Under the pieces are notes generated by a model, which was not told the DNA's origin, made no database searches, and saw only the letters and a program-made list of their open reading frames with translations. A program made the translations under genes and the position numbers. Of a stretch of DNA of 47,578 nucleotides, positions 1 through 7,936 are shown one piece after another. The number at the start of each line of letters is the position of its first letter. Within the stretch, counting starts at the first letter, position 1. The DNA is taken from positions 1 to 47,578 of IMG/VR virus record IMGVR_UViG_3300037311_000476; one strand, 5' to 3'. This DNA is from a virus (taxonomy: Duplodnaviria > Caudoviricetes).

Positions 1-180
1 ATGGGTTCGCCCCGTTCGCAAGATAATCCGGTAGCAGAGACCAACACGAAGGCGCAGGGCGGTCAGAAGGACGGCTCCGTGGCGGCCGATCACCAGGCCG
101 TGGCGCTGGTGCATGGGGTGGCGACAGCAGCGAAAACCCTGCCGGAAGTCTCTGATGACAAACAGACTTCGCGCCCATAG
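1..180 (+). CDS. Short hypothetical ORF (59 aa), doubtful
   Basis: ATG at 1, TAG at 178-180 (MGSPRSQDNP...KQTSRP); no motif, and upstream context is outside the window. Confidence 0.2.
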   Translation: MGSPRSQDNPVAETNTKAQGGQKDGSVAADHQAVALVHGVATAAKTLPEVSDDKQTSRP

Positions 181-189
181 CCTGGGGCA

Positions 190-1026
190 ATGTCGAACGG
201 GCCCTGGACGGATGAAGAGAACGACCTGATCGTCGCGGATTACTTCGCGATGCTGGCCGACGACATCTCCGGACGGCCCTACAAGAAGGCCGAACACCGC
301 CGCACACTCCTCCCGCTGCTAAACGACCGGTCCGAGGGGTCCATCGAGTTCAAGCACCAGAACATCAGCGCGGTGCTGAAGGGGCTCGGCGAGGACTGGA
401 TCCCCGGCTACAAGCCCGCGTTCAATTTTCAGATGACGCTGGTGGATGCCGTGGCGCGGTGGCTGGCGCTGAACCCGGCCTGGCTTGGGCGCCAACCGGG
501 GCTGCAAACAGCCGTTGGCCTGCGCGAGGCGGCGCAGATCTGGATCGGACCACCGCCGACGCTGTCGAACCAGCCGCCCCCGCAGGAGCTTGACCAGATG
601 CTACACATTGCCCGCAAGTTCGACGTGGCGGGCCGGGACGAACGCAACCGGGCCCTCGGGCGTGCCGGCGAGGAGCGCGTGCTGGCGCATGAACGGGCGT
701 CTCTGCGCTCGGCAGGACGGGATGATCTGGCGCGCAAGGTGCGCTGGGTGTCGGAGGAGGATGGCGACGGCGCGGGCTACGACATCGCGAGTTTCGGACC
801 GGACGGCCGGGCACGGCTGATCGAGGTCAAGACGACGAACGGATGGGAGCGCACGCCCTTCCACATCACCCGCAACGAACTGGCCGTGGCCGAGGAGCGT
901 CGGTCGGAATGGCGTCTGCTCCGCCTGTGGAATTTCTCACGCGAGCCGAAGGCGTTCGAACTGCATCCGCCGCTGGACGCGCATGTCTCGCTGACGGCGA
1001 CGACGTTTCAGGCGAGCTTTCACTGA
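190..1026 (+). CDS. DUF3883 / NO VEIN C-terminal-like PD-(D/E)XK nuclease domain protein
   Basis: C-terminal motifs LGRAGEERV, GAGYDIASF, LIEVKTT and FHITRNE. Confidence 0.8.
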   Translation: MSNGPWTDEENDLIVADYFAMLADDISGRPYKKAEHRRTLLPLLNDRSEGSIEFKHQNISAVLKGLGEDWIPGYKPAFNFQMTLVDAVARWLALNPAWLGRQPGLQTAVGLREAAQIWIGPPPTLSNQPPPQELDQMLHIARKFDVAGRDERNRALGRAGEERVLAHERASLRSAGRDDLARKVRWVSEEDGDGAGYDIASFGPDGRARLIEVKTTNGWERTPFHITRNELAVAEERRSEWRLLRLWNFSREPKAFELHPPLDAHVSLTATTFQASFH

Positions 1027-1029
1027 GCC

Positions 1030-1413
1030 TCAGTCGAACACCCGCTCCGGCTGTTCGTGCCATGGCAGGGCCGCGACGTCTGCCAGTTTCAACAGGGTCA
1101 CGGCGGGCACCTCGCGCTTGTAGACCAAGCGCTTGAGGACCCCCGGCGCGAGATAGGCGAGCCGCAGCTGTCGGCTGACATGGCGTTCGGCCAGCCTGAC
1201 GGCTTTCGCCAGATCGGTGACCGTATTGAACTCGCCAGCTTCCATGCGCCGCCGCCAGCCCCACGCCCGGCCAATGGCGCGCAGGATATGCGGATCCTGC
1301 GTTCGGTCTTCGCTGGGCAGATAGGTAGCAGGCGGCATGATCTTCGGCCGACCGTTCTGCTTGCGGACCTTGAGCGGCACGAAGATCTGGATGGACTCGT
1401 CGGGTTTCATCAT
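1030..1413 (-). CDS. Recombinase-associated HTH-like protein (resembles a detached C-terminal domain of alphaproteobacterial large serine recombinases)
   Basis: ATGA overlap with the recombinase stop; RAIGRAWGW...TVTDLAKAV...HVSRQLRLAYLAP pattern. Confidence 0.7.
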   Translation of the reverse strand: MMKPDESIQIFVPLKVRKQNGRPKIMPPATYLPSEDRTQDPHILRAIGRAWGWRRRMEAGEFNTVTDLAKAVRLAERHVSRQLRLAYLAPGVLKRLVYKREVPAVTLLKLADVAALPWHEQPERVFD

Positions 1414-2735
1414 TCCGCCGCCACCCTCTTTCGTGGGGCCATCATGTCGCGCATGACGCCCGAGACGCCGTCGGTCCGGACATCGATCACCAGCCCCTCG
1501 GACGTCACAGTGACCCGGCGCACCAGCAACTGCACGATCCGGGTCTGCTCCGCAGGGAACAGCTGGCCCCAGACGTCCTCGAACGTCTGCAGCGCGGAGA
1601 TCACGTCGGCCTCGGCGAAGGCATGACCCTCGCGCGCCAAGTGTGCGATGACTTGCGCCGTGATCGACGGGGCGCGCATCACCCGCCGCAACTCGGTCAC
1701 CACAGCCGCTTCCACGAGGTCAGCCGGAAGGCGGCGCGGGATGCCCTCATCGCTAGGTTCGCGATTCTTGATGACGTCCATCGAGACATAGTACCGGTAT
1801 CGCCGCGCGCCCTTCTTCGTGCTGCTCGGGGTCATGGCGGCGCCCGTGGCCGTAAAGATCAGCCCCTTGAGCAAGGCAGGTGCCTGCGCCCGGGTGTTAT
1901 TGGCGCGCTTGCGGGGGCTCTCCCGCAAGATGGCATGGACCTGATCCCACAGCTTCTGGTCGATGATGGGTTGATGCTCGCCCGGATAGGCCTTGCCCTT
2001 GTGGACCGCGTAGCCGCGATAGACGCGGTTCACCAGCACCCTGTAGAGATATCCCTTGTCGACCAAGGTACCCTGCTTGCTGCGGAGCCCTTTGCTGCGA
2101 AGTTCGCGCGCCAGCACGGTCGCTGAACCGACCTCGACGAACCGCTCGAAGATGCCCCGCACGGCGGCGGCCTCGTCCTCGTTCACCACGAGTTTGCGGT
2201 CCTTCACATCGTACCCGAGCGGGACGTATCCGCCCATCCACATGCCCTTCATCCGGGAGGCGCGGACCTTGTCGCGGATGCGCTCGGCCGTGACCTCGCG
2301 CTCGAATTGGGCGAAGCTCAGCAGGATGTTCAGCGTCAGGCGGCCCATCGACGTGGTCGTATTGAAGGACTGCGTGACCGACACAAAGGTCACGCCGTTG
2401 CGGTCGAAGACCTCGACCAGCTTCGAGAAGTCCATAAGCGACCGCGACAGGCGGTCGATCTTGTAGACGACCACCACATCGATCAGGCCGTCTTCGATGT
2501 CGGCCAGAAGCAACTTGAGGCCGGGCCTTTCCAGCGTCCCGCCCGAGATTCCACCATCGTCATACTGATCGCGGACCAGCACCCAGCCTTCGGAGCGCTG
2601 GCTAGCGATGAAGGCCTCGCAGGCCTCTCGCTGGGCGTGAAGGCTGTTGAACTCCTGCTCCAGCCCTTCCTCGGAGGATTTGCGCGTATAGATGGCGCAG
2701 CGTTGGCGACGGATGGGATTTGCACGCTGATTCAT
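1410..2735 (-). CDS. Large serine recombinase (integrase)
   Basis: Catalytic AIYTRKSS, DDGGISGG..ERP, YKIDRLSRS and GGYVPLGY recombinase domain; start set at ATG 2735 (MNQRANP), which overlaps the upstream stop (TGATG). Confidence 0.93.
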   Translation of the reverse strand: MNQRANPIRRQRCAIYTRKSSEEGLEQEFNSLHAQREACEAFIASQRSEGWVLVRDQYDDGGISGGTLERPGLKLLLADIEDGLIDVVVVYKIDRLSRSLMDFSKLVEVFDRNGVTFVSVTQSFNTTTSMGRLTLNILLSFAQFEREVTAERIRDKVRASRMKGMWMGGYVPLGYDVKDRKLVVNEDEAAAVRGIFERFVEVGSATVLARELRSKGLRSKQGTLVDKGYLYRVLVNRVYRGYAVHKGKAYPGEHQPIIDQKLWDQVHAILRESPRKRANNTRAQAPALLKGLIFTATGAAMTPSSTKKGARRYRYYVSMDVIKNREPSDEGIPRRLPADLVEAAVVTELRRVMRAPSITAQVIAHLAREGHAFAEADVISALQTFEDVWGQLFPAEQTRIVQLLVRRVTVTSEGLVIDVRTDGVSGVMRDMMAPRKRVAAE

Positions 2736-3190
2736 CAATCGTTCCCCCACTTGCGTTCGCGCAACCCGAAGAAGCGGTAGCCATTCCAGCGCGTCCCGGT
2801 GATCGCCCGCGCAATCGCGGACAAGGATTTGTAGGGGCGGCCTTGCCAATCGAACCCGTCTCGCAAGACGGTAATCGTGTGCTCGACCCCGTTCCATTCG
2901 CGGATCAGCCTCGTGCCAACTACAGGGTTACGAGGATCGGCGATCTGGCTCTTGCGTGTCAGGGTGCCGCTGACCTCGTCGGCCAGCAGGTCCAGCATGC
3001 GCCGGGTTTCGCGATCAGGACCGCCATACGTCAGTTCCTGGATGCGGTAGGCCAACCGGCTCTCGAGGAACGCCCGGCTGTTGTTCGGCGCCGCTGTCGC
3101 AAAGATCGTCTGCCACTCCGACTTCAACTGGTTGACGGACATGGACTTCAACGCGGCCAGGCGCGCGGGGATGGGATCGGGCTTCGTCAT
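2735..3190 (-). CDS. DUF2924 family protein
   Basis: LAYRIQELTYGG, GTRLIREWNGVEHTITV and SLSAIARAITGTRWNGYRFFGL; usual position upstream of a serine recombinase; start MTKPDP at an ATGA overlap. Confidence 0.88.
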   Translation of the reverse strand: MTKPDPIPARLAALKSMSVNQLKSEWQTIFATAAPNNSRAFLESRLAYRIQELTYGGPDRETRRMLDLLADEVSGTLTRKSQIADPRNPVVGTRLIREWNGVEHTITVLRDGFDWQGRPYKSLSAIARAITGTRWNGYRFFGLRERKWGND

Positions 3191-3390
3191 GCGTTTCTCC
3201 GGTGAGTTGGAGTTGCATGACGGCATTGGTCGTCGGGATAGTGTAGGCAACGTTCTCCAGTATTGTCAGATACTTCGCGCCCATCCTGCCCGAGCAACCG
3301 AACCAGCCCGAGTGCCAGCAGGCCGTAGAGCTCGGCGCGGCGCTCGGCGGCGGTCATCTGTTCGGGAGGCAGGGGATTGGGGCGTTTCAT
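3187..3390 (-). CDS. Small hypothetical protein, first gene of the recombinase operon
   Basis: MKRPNPLPPEQMTAAERRAEL...; stop overlaps the DUF2924 start (ATGA). Confidence 0.7.
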   Translation of the reverse strand: MKRPNPLPPEQMTAAERRAELYGLLALGLVRLLGQDGREVSDNTGERCLHYPDDQCRHATPTHRRNA

Positions 3391-3421
3391 GCGGGCGAGT
3401 CCAAGATGGCTTGCTCTGCCC

Positions 3422-3449
3422 CTACTCCTCAGGCGGAGAAACCGTCCCA
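3422..3449 (-). promoter_or_regulatory. Putative phage-sigma promoter for the recombinase operon (TGGGACGGTT-N12-GAGTAG)
   Basis: Minus strand reads TGGGACGGTT TCTCCGCCTGAG GAGTAG; same bipartite motif and spacing as at 6533-6560. Confidence 0.7.
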
Positions 3450-3511
3450 AGGCCGTGAAGACAGCGCGAAGTCAGCAGCTCAGACTCGACTCGAGGTTGC
3501 CAGATCGGGTA

Positions 3512-3526
3512 GAACATAATCAGAAC
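3512..3526 (+). promoter_or_regulatory. Alphaproteobacterial LexA (SOS) box GAAC-N7-GAAC
   Basis: GAAC ATAATCA GAAC in an AT-rich intergenic region, overlapping a likely -10 (TAGAAC/CATAAT) upstream of the 3664 operon. Confidence 0.8.
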
Positions 3527-3663
3527 TTCAATCAATCCTTGCCGCCAAGACACGAGCATTCGATGCGCCAAATAGGGCGCTTCTGCTTATAGTGCGGCCA
3601 ATGCAGCCTGCGGGTGGCTGAGTGAGCCCGCGATCGGAACAGTTGGTGTCAAGAGGAGAGCAT

Positions 3664-4902
3664 ATGGCGAAAAGGATCCGCAACTTCATCGATCGGGCGT
3701 TTTCTCGGACCGTCGATCTTAAAATGCTGCATCGCCTTCTCAGCCCCTATCTCGAACAGATCGGATTTGATTGGGATACGTTGCCCACTGACGATGCCAA
3801 ACGGCGCGAGGCGATTTTCAAACTATTTGCCAAGGCCGACTTGAGATTTCCGGCACCGCTTCAGTTCGCCCTCTACAACATTTCCACGCTGTCCACGGAT
3901 GCGGGCGCCCGGTTCATCCAAGAGATTGCGTCTGAAATTGGCGTCGACGTTCTGGCTACCCACCGCATCGACGACGCGCCTGACGATCTGCGCTTTACGC
4001 CGCGGTTCATGGCCTTGGCTACATGGCTGGATCATCGGACTGTTTTCGACAAGGCGTTGAGCGCTGCCGCATTCCTTGCGCATACGACCAAACTCGAGCG
4101 CGACGCCGACCGGGAAAATGTCGAACCAAGGCACCATGAACATGGGGTACAGTACGCCTTTGCCGAAGCGGTGCAGAAGCATTTCCTGGGACGGTACAAC
4201 GGCCGTTACTGCGATGTTCGGTGGTTCGAGGACGAGGACCTGCTCCGCATTCTGATCCTGCATGGATCCAAGCCTGAGACAAAGAACGTCGACCAGGGGG
4301 GAGCGGAAGACACGCTGAAGTTTCGGGAGATCGTCCAGTCCACCATCGAATTCGATCCGAGGCAGGGTTCGATCGCCGTCGGCTCGAAGTCGGCAACCGA
4401 TGCCAAGACGCTGGTGAAGCTCTTTGGCGAGCACATCCTCGGGGACAAGGAAATCTTCGAGGCGTCTGCGAAGGAACAACTTTACACGCTCGAGCCGCTT
4501 CAGCGGCAGGGCGCCGCGTTCAAGTTTCACCTCGACGACAGTGGAGACATCACCCACGTCTCCTTGCGCGAGGTTCGCATCGATGAAGCGCAGGTCACCA
4601 AGACCGGGAGGCTGAAACGTTCACCATGGTTCCTGACGCTCGGCGACACGGATAACGCGCTGAAACGCTTGAAGGTAGTAGCGCCGGAGATCGAGATCGA
4701 CGACATCCGGATTGTGCATGCTAAGCTCGATGTGACGATTGAGGTTGACGGCACCGAGACCGTTGTTCCGGTCACGATCAGGCCGCCGCGCACCGTCAGC
4801 ATGCGCGACCACTCGCACGAACGGCTCATCCTTGAAATGCTCGAAGACAATGACATTCGCAAACGCCGCAGATCTGATCAGGCTGCTGCTGCGGCAGAGT
4901 GA
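3664..4902 (+). CDS. Hypothetical protein (412 aa), first gene downstream of the LexA box
   Basis: AGGAGAG RBS before ATG 3664; long, protein-like ORF with no motif recognised. Confidence 0.8.
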   Translation: MAKRIRNFIDRAFSRTVDLKMLHRLLSPYLEQIGFDWDTLPTDDAKRREAIFKLFAKADLRFPAPLQFALYNISTLSTDAGARFIQEIASEIGVDVLATHRIDDAPDDLRFTPRFMALATWLDHRTVFDKALSAAAFLAHTTKLERDADRENVEPRHHEHGVQYAFAEAVQKHFLGRYNGRYCDVRWFEDEDLLRILILHGSKPETKNVDQGGAEDTLKFREIVQSTIEFDPRQGSIAVGSKSATDAKTLVKLFGEHILGDKEIFEASAKEQLYTLEPLQRQGAAFKFHLDDSGDITHVSLREVRIDEAQVTKTGRLKRSPWFLTLGDTDNALKRLKVVAPEIEIDDIRIVHAKLDVTIEVDGTETVVPVTIRPPRTVSMRDHSHERLILEMLEDNDIRKRRRSDQAAAAAE

Positions 4903-5845
4903 TCGCCATCCGGTCCGTGCCATCGGTGCGGCGGAGCTGGAGGCCTACGATCCGCGCTTCCGCCGGTCGCTGCGGAACTTGGGAGTTCTGGTGCCCCGAG
5001 TAGATCTGCCCGACGATGGCGGCTCGGTGTTCGGGGTGATCGACGGATCACTGATCGTCGTCGATCCAGAGACCGGCGAGTGCGAACGGCACGACGATGC
5101 GCTGGACATCCAGACTTTCGACATCGACTTCGCCGCCCTTTGCCGAGCGATCCGCGAGCAGTCTGGGCTGAGCGGGCCGGGTCCAACGGCGATCTCCTCC
5201 AGAATATGGAGGCTGGGTCGTTATCAACAGCATGGTCGTGCGGCTGAAATCTGCCTTGTGCGGCTGCTGCGAGAGGAAACAGCGCAAGAGATTCTGGACC
5301 ATGTGCGCGGCGCGATCGATACCGAGACTTCGGTCGCCCTCGTCAGTCTCGGGTGCAGCGAGCTGCCAACCGTGGTCACGCGTCAGCTGGATCGCCTTCG
5401 CATGACGGTGTCCTACGCCGAAGATCTGCTGCGCGACGATCCAGTTCGTCCGTTTGCACTTGATCTCGGCCGAGTTCGCTTGGCCACGGGAAAGCAAGCG
5501 TCAGATGCGCGGTTTCAGGTCGACCGCATCGGTCGGCGCGCAATCTTCGATGGCGTCGAGATCGACATTGAGCCTCGTGACTTCGACGCTGTCGTCTTGC
5601 TTGGGGATGAGGCCTTGGCCGCCGGTGGGTGGGTCTCGAACGAGCGTCTGGCGGCAGCGATTCAGGCGAGCACGGGGCGGGAGAGCAATCCCGAACAGGT
5701 TGATCGCTGCATCAACCGCCTGCGTGATGCCTTCAGAAAGAATCCGCAGCTAAGTTCGGTCCCGAGAAACGGGTTCATTGATCGCAAGTCCAAGGTCGGC
5801 GCGCGCTTCACCCTATCCCCATCTGACATCGCCTTCATCGCCTAG
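4850..5845 (+). CDS. Putative transcriptional activator with C-terminal OmpR/PhoB-like winged helix
   Basis: C-terminus AIFDGVEIDIEPRDF...GWVSNERLA...QVDRCINRLRDAF...FIDRKSKVGARF fits a wHTH effector domain; start MTFANA overlaps the previous gene. Confidence 0.7.
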   Translation: MTFANAADLIRLLLRQSDRHPVRAIGAAELEAYDPRFRRSLRNLGVLVPRVDLPDDGGSVFGVIDGSLIVVDPETGECERHDDALDIQTFDIDFAALCRAIREQSGLSGPGPTAISSRIWRLGRYQQHGRAAEICLVRLLREETAQEILDHVRGAIDTETSVALVSLGCSELPTVVTRQLDRLRMTVSYAEDLLRDDPVRPFALDLGRVRLATGKQASDARFQVDRIGRRAIFDGVEIDIEPRDFDAVVLLGDEALAAGGWVSNERLAAAIQASTGRESNPEQVDRCINRLRDAFRKNPQLSSVPRNGFIDRKSKVGARFTLSPSDIAFIA

Positions 5846-5861
5846 ATCCGTTCGCCGGTAG

Positions 5862-5905
5862 CGGGAGGTTTTCGGGAGGTTTCCGGGAGAAGCCCGAGAG
5901 ATAAG
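5862..5905 (+). repeat. Four tandem 11-bp degenerate direct repeats upstream of the sigma gene
   Basis: CGGGAGGTTTT / CGGGAGGTTTC / CGGGAGAAGCC / CGAGAGATAAG at 5862, 5873, 5884 and 5895. Confidence 0.75.
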
Positions 5906-5962
5906 TAATTTCCGCAGGTTGCATCTTCGACTGGTCAACGCAAACGACCAGGATCGAAACAG

Positions 5963-6556
5963 ATGCTCCCACCCATTTCCCCCGATGACCTTGCTACTCT
6001 GATCGACGAGGCGGCCTTTGCCGCGCGCCGCCTGCATCGCAAGCTGGTGCTGCCCGCTGCCGATCTCGACGATCTCCGCCAGGACCTGCTGGTCGACCTG
6101 ATCTGCCGGTTGCCGGGTTTCGACGCCCGCCGTGGCAGCATCGGCGCTTTCGCCAACATCGTCCTGCGCAACCAGTCGTCGCGGATTGCGATCCGCCATC
6201 ACCGCCAGCGCCGCGCACAGGGTGGCACCGTGATTTCGCTGGATGCACCCGTTTCCGGCGGCACCGAGTCGCTGGGTTGCATGCTGGCAGAGGCGGACAG
6301 TCTGGCCGCCTGGCATGGGCAGGATCGCTCTGCCGTGGATGATGCCGAGACCCACCACGATCTCGCGCGTGCGCTGGGCGAACTGCCTGACGACATGCGT
6401 GGCCTCTGCGCGGCACTTTGCACCTGCGCCGTTCCCGAGATCGTCAGCCGCACCGGCATCTCCCGTTCCGCCCTCTACCGGCACATCGCCCGCCTGCGGC
6501 TCGACCTCGCCATGCGCGGGCTCGGGGCGGAGTGGGACGGTTCCAAGGCGGCGTGA
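5963..6556 (+). CDS. ECF-like RNA polymerase sigma factor
   Basis: Region 2-like DLDDLRQDLLVDL...FDARRGSIGAF; region 4 HTH EIVSRTGISRSALYRHIARLR; 197 aa. Confidence 0.8.
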   Translation: MLPPISPDDLATLIDEAAFAARRLHRKLVLPAADLDDLRQDLLVDLICRLPGFDARRGSIGAFANIVLRNQSSRIAIRHHRQRRAQGGTVISLDAPVSGGTESLGCMLAEADSLAAWHGQDRSAVDDAETHHDLARALGELPDDMRGLCAALCTCAVPEIVSRTGISRSALYRHIARLRLDLAMRGLGAEWDGSKAA

Positions 6557-6560
6557 GTAG
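6533..6560 (+). promoter_or_regulatory. Putative phage-sigma promoter for the replication operon, embedded in the 3' end of the sigma gene
   Basis: TGGGACGGTT CCAAGGCGGCGT GAGTAG; matches the minus-strand copy at 3422-3449. Confidence 0.7.
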
Positions 6561-6569
6561 AGGACCGAC

Positions 6570-6926
6570 ATGGAGATGTTCGTCATGCACCCCACCGCCT
6601 TCATCCCGGCCAAGCCCCGGCCGCTCACCGATATCGAGTTCTGTGCCTGGATCGGTCAGGCCATGCCGGGCGACCGCCTCGAGTATCATCGCGGGTTCCT
6701 CGGCATTGACGCCACGGCGGTGATCTCGACCCTTCCGGAACCGGATCGCCGCAGGTTGGGAGCACTGGCAAGTGCCACCCACCGCGCCTTCGAGGCCGCG
6801 CTGGTGCATCTGGTGCAGGTCCGGGTCGGCCCCGACCGCTTCGCCTATCTGGCCATCGCGCGGACCAAGCCGCGCCATGCGCCGATCCCGCTTTCCCAAC
6901 TCATCGCGACAGAGGAGGCCGCCTGA
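6570..6926 (+). CDS. Hypothetical phage protein (true start may be ATG 6585)
   Basis: First gene of a coupled operon (TGATG overlap at 6926); GGAG RBS precedes ATG 6585. Confidence 0.75.
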   Translation: MEMFVMHPTAFIPAKPRPLTDIEFCAWIGQAMPGDRLEYHRGFLGIDATAVISTLPEPDRRRLGALASATHRAFEAALVHLVQVRVGPDRFAYLAIARTKPRHAPIPLSQLIATEEAA

Positions 6927-7318
6927 TGCGCGCCGTGCTTGCCTGGATCGGGGATTGGCTCCCGCCGTCCCTCTATTTCGCCATCGCCGGTAAACCGGCC
7001 GAGACCGCGACAACGGAGCCGCAGCCCGCGCGGCTGCCGAACCTGATGACGCGGCTCCGCCGTGCCTTCCACAGCCTCGACGACTTGCCGGAGGCGATCC
7101 CCGCGCCCTGGCGCGAGGGGAACGAGACCGAGCCGCTGCTGATCGAGATGGCGACCATCGACGACATCGCCTTCGCCGTGGTGGCGGCGAATGCCGACGT
7201 GTCGGCCGCGATCCGCCGCTCCTCGGCGCTCGAACGGCTCCACCGCCTGGCCCGCGAGGCCGGGGCTCTCGGCATGGACCGCGCCGTTGATGCGGCCTTG
7301 AAGCGAGAGGGGCGCTGA
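6926..7318 (+). CDS. Hypothetical phage protein
   Basis: TGATG overlaps at both ends. Confidence 0.75.
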   Translation: MRAVLAWIGDWLPPSLYFAIAGKPAETATTEPQPARLPNLMTRLRRAFHSLDDLPEAIPAPWREGNETEPLLIEMATIDDIAFAVVAANADVSAAIRRSSALERLHRLAREAGALGMDRAVDAALKREGR

Positions 7319-7836
7319 TGGCCATGCCGTTCCCCAGCACCGATGCGCCGAACGAGGGGCGCGACGGCAATATGCCGAAGTTCGATGACCTCGACCGGCT
7401 GTCCATCGGCGAGATCGCCGACATGCCGCCTGCGCTGCTTCTCGCGCTCCAGGAAGAAGCAGCGACCGAGACCGCCCGGGTCAAGCGCCTGAAGGACCGT
7501 TTCGAGGTGGCGTTGGCGCAGCGCTACAGCGCGGCGACCGAGGCCGAGCGGTCTGCGCAGGGCAAGACCTCCGGCACAGTCCGGATCGAGGATGCGGGCG
7601 TGGTGGTGATCGCCGACCTGCCGAAGAAGGTCACATGGGATCAGGACCGGCTGGCCGCGATGGCAACCCGAATCCGCGAGGCGGGCGACGATCCCACCCA
7701 GTACCTCGAGATCGCCTATCGCGTGCCGGAACGCCGCTTCGGCGCCTGGCCCGACGCGATGCGCGAGGGCTTCGCCGCCGCCCGGTCAGAGACCACCGGC
7801 AAACCCGTGTTCCGGCTCGAGACCCGAGACCGGTGA
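7318..7836 (+). CDS. Hypothetical phage protein (coiled-coil; possibly Gp157/Gam-like)
   Basis: Coupled start; helical N-half followed by ADLPKKVTWDQ; lies upstream of a Sak4-like ATPase. Confidence 0.7.
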   Translation: MAMPFPSTDAPNEGRDGNMPKFDDLDRLSIGEIADMPPALLLALQEEAATETARVKRLKDRFEVALAQRYSAATEAERSAQGKTSGTVRIEDAGVVVIADLPKKVTWDQDRLAAMATRIREAGDDPTQYLEIAYRVPERRFGAWPDAMREGFAAARSETTGKPVFRLETRDR

Positions 7837-7918
7837 TGCGCGGCGGCGGGACGCCCGAGCGGCAACGCCGGGCAGGTTCCCCTTCGGCACCCGGTCATCC
7901 CCGCCGCCGCGCACTTTC
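7837..7918 (+). ncRNA. Candidate structured RNA (c4-antisense-like multi-stem junction) or attenuator
   Basis: Perfect 14-bp outer stem TGCGCGGCGGCGGG/CCCGCCGCCGCGCA enclosing a GCG-GCAA-CGC GNRA hairpin and a CCGGG/CCCGG stem, followed by CTTTC. Confidence 0.5.
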
Positions 7919-7936
7919 AATCCTTCGGAGAACCCC

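Noticed and set aside
5-17. GTTC...GTTC as a second LexA box
   Set aside because: The spacer is 5 nt, not 7.
145-170. GAAGTCT/AGACTTC inverted repeat as an att half-site
   Set aside because: Only 7 bp, and no partner site is visible in the window, so it cannot be supported.
2736-2897. Extended N-terminus of the recombinase given by the ORF track (likewise for ORFs starting at 4739, 8733, 11111, 16149, 27337, 29489, 34239, 37245, 40218 and 47030)
   Set aside because: These extensions overlap upstream genes; downstream starts with an RBS or stop-start coupling fit better.
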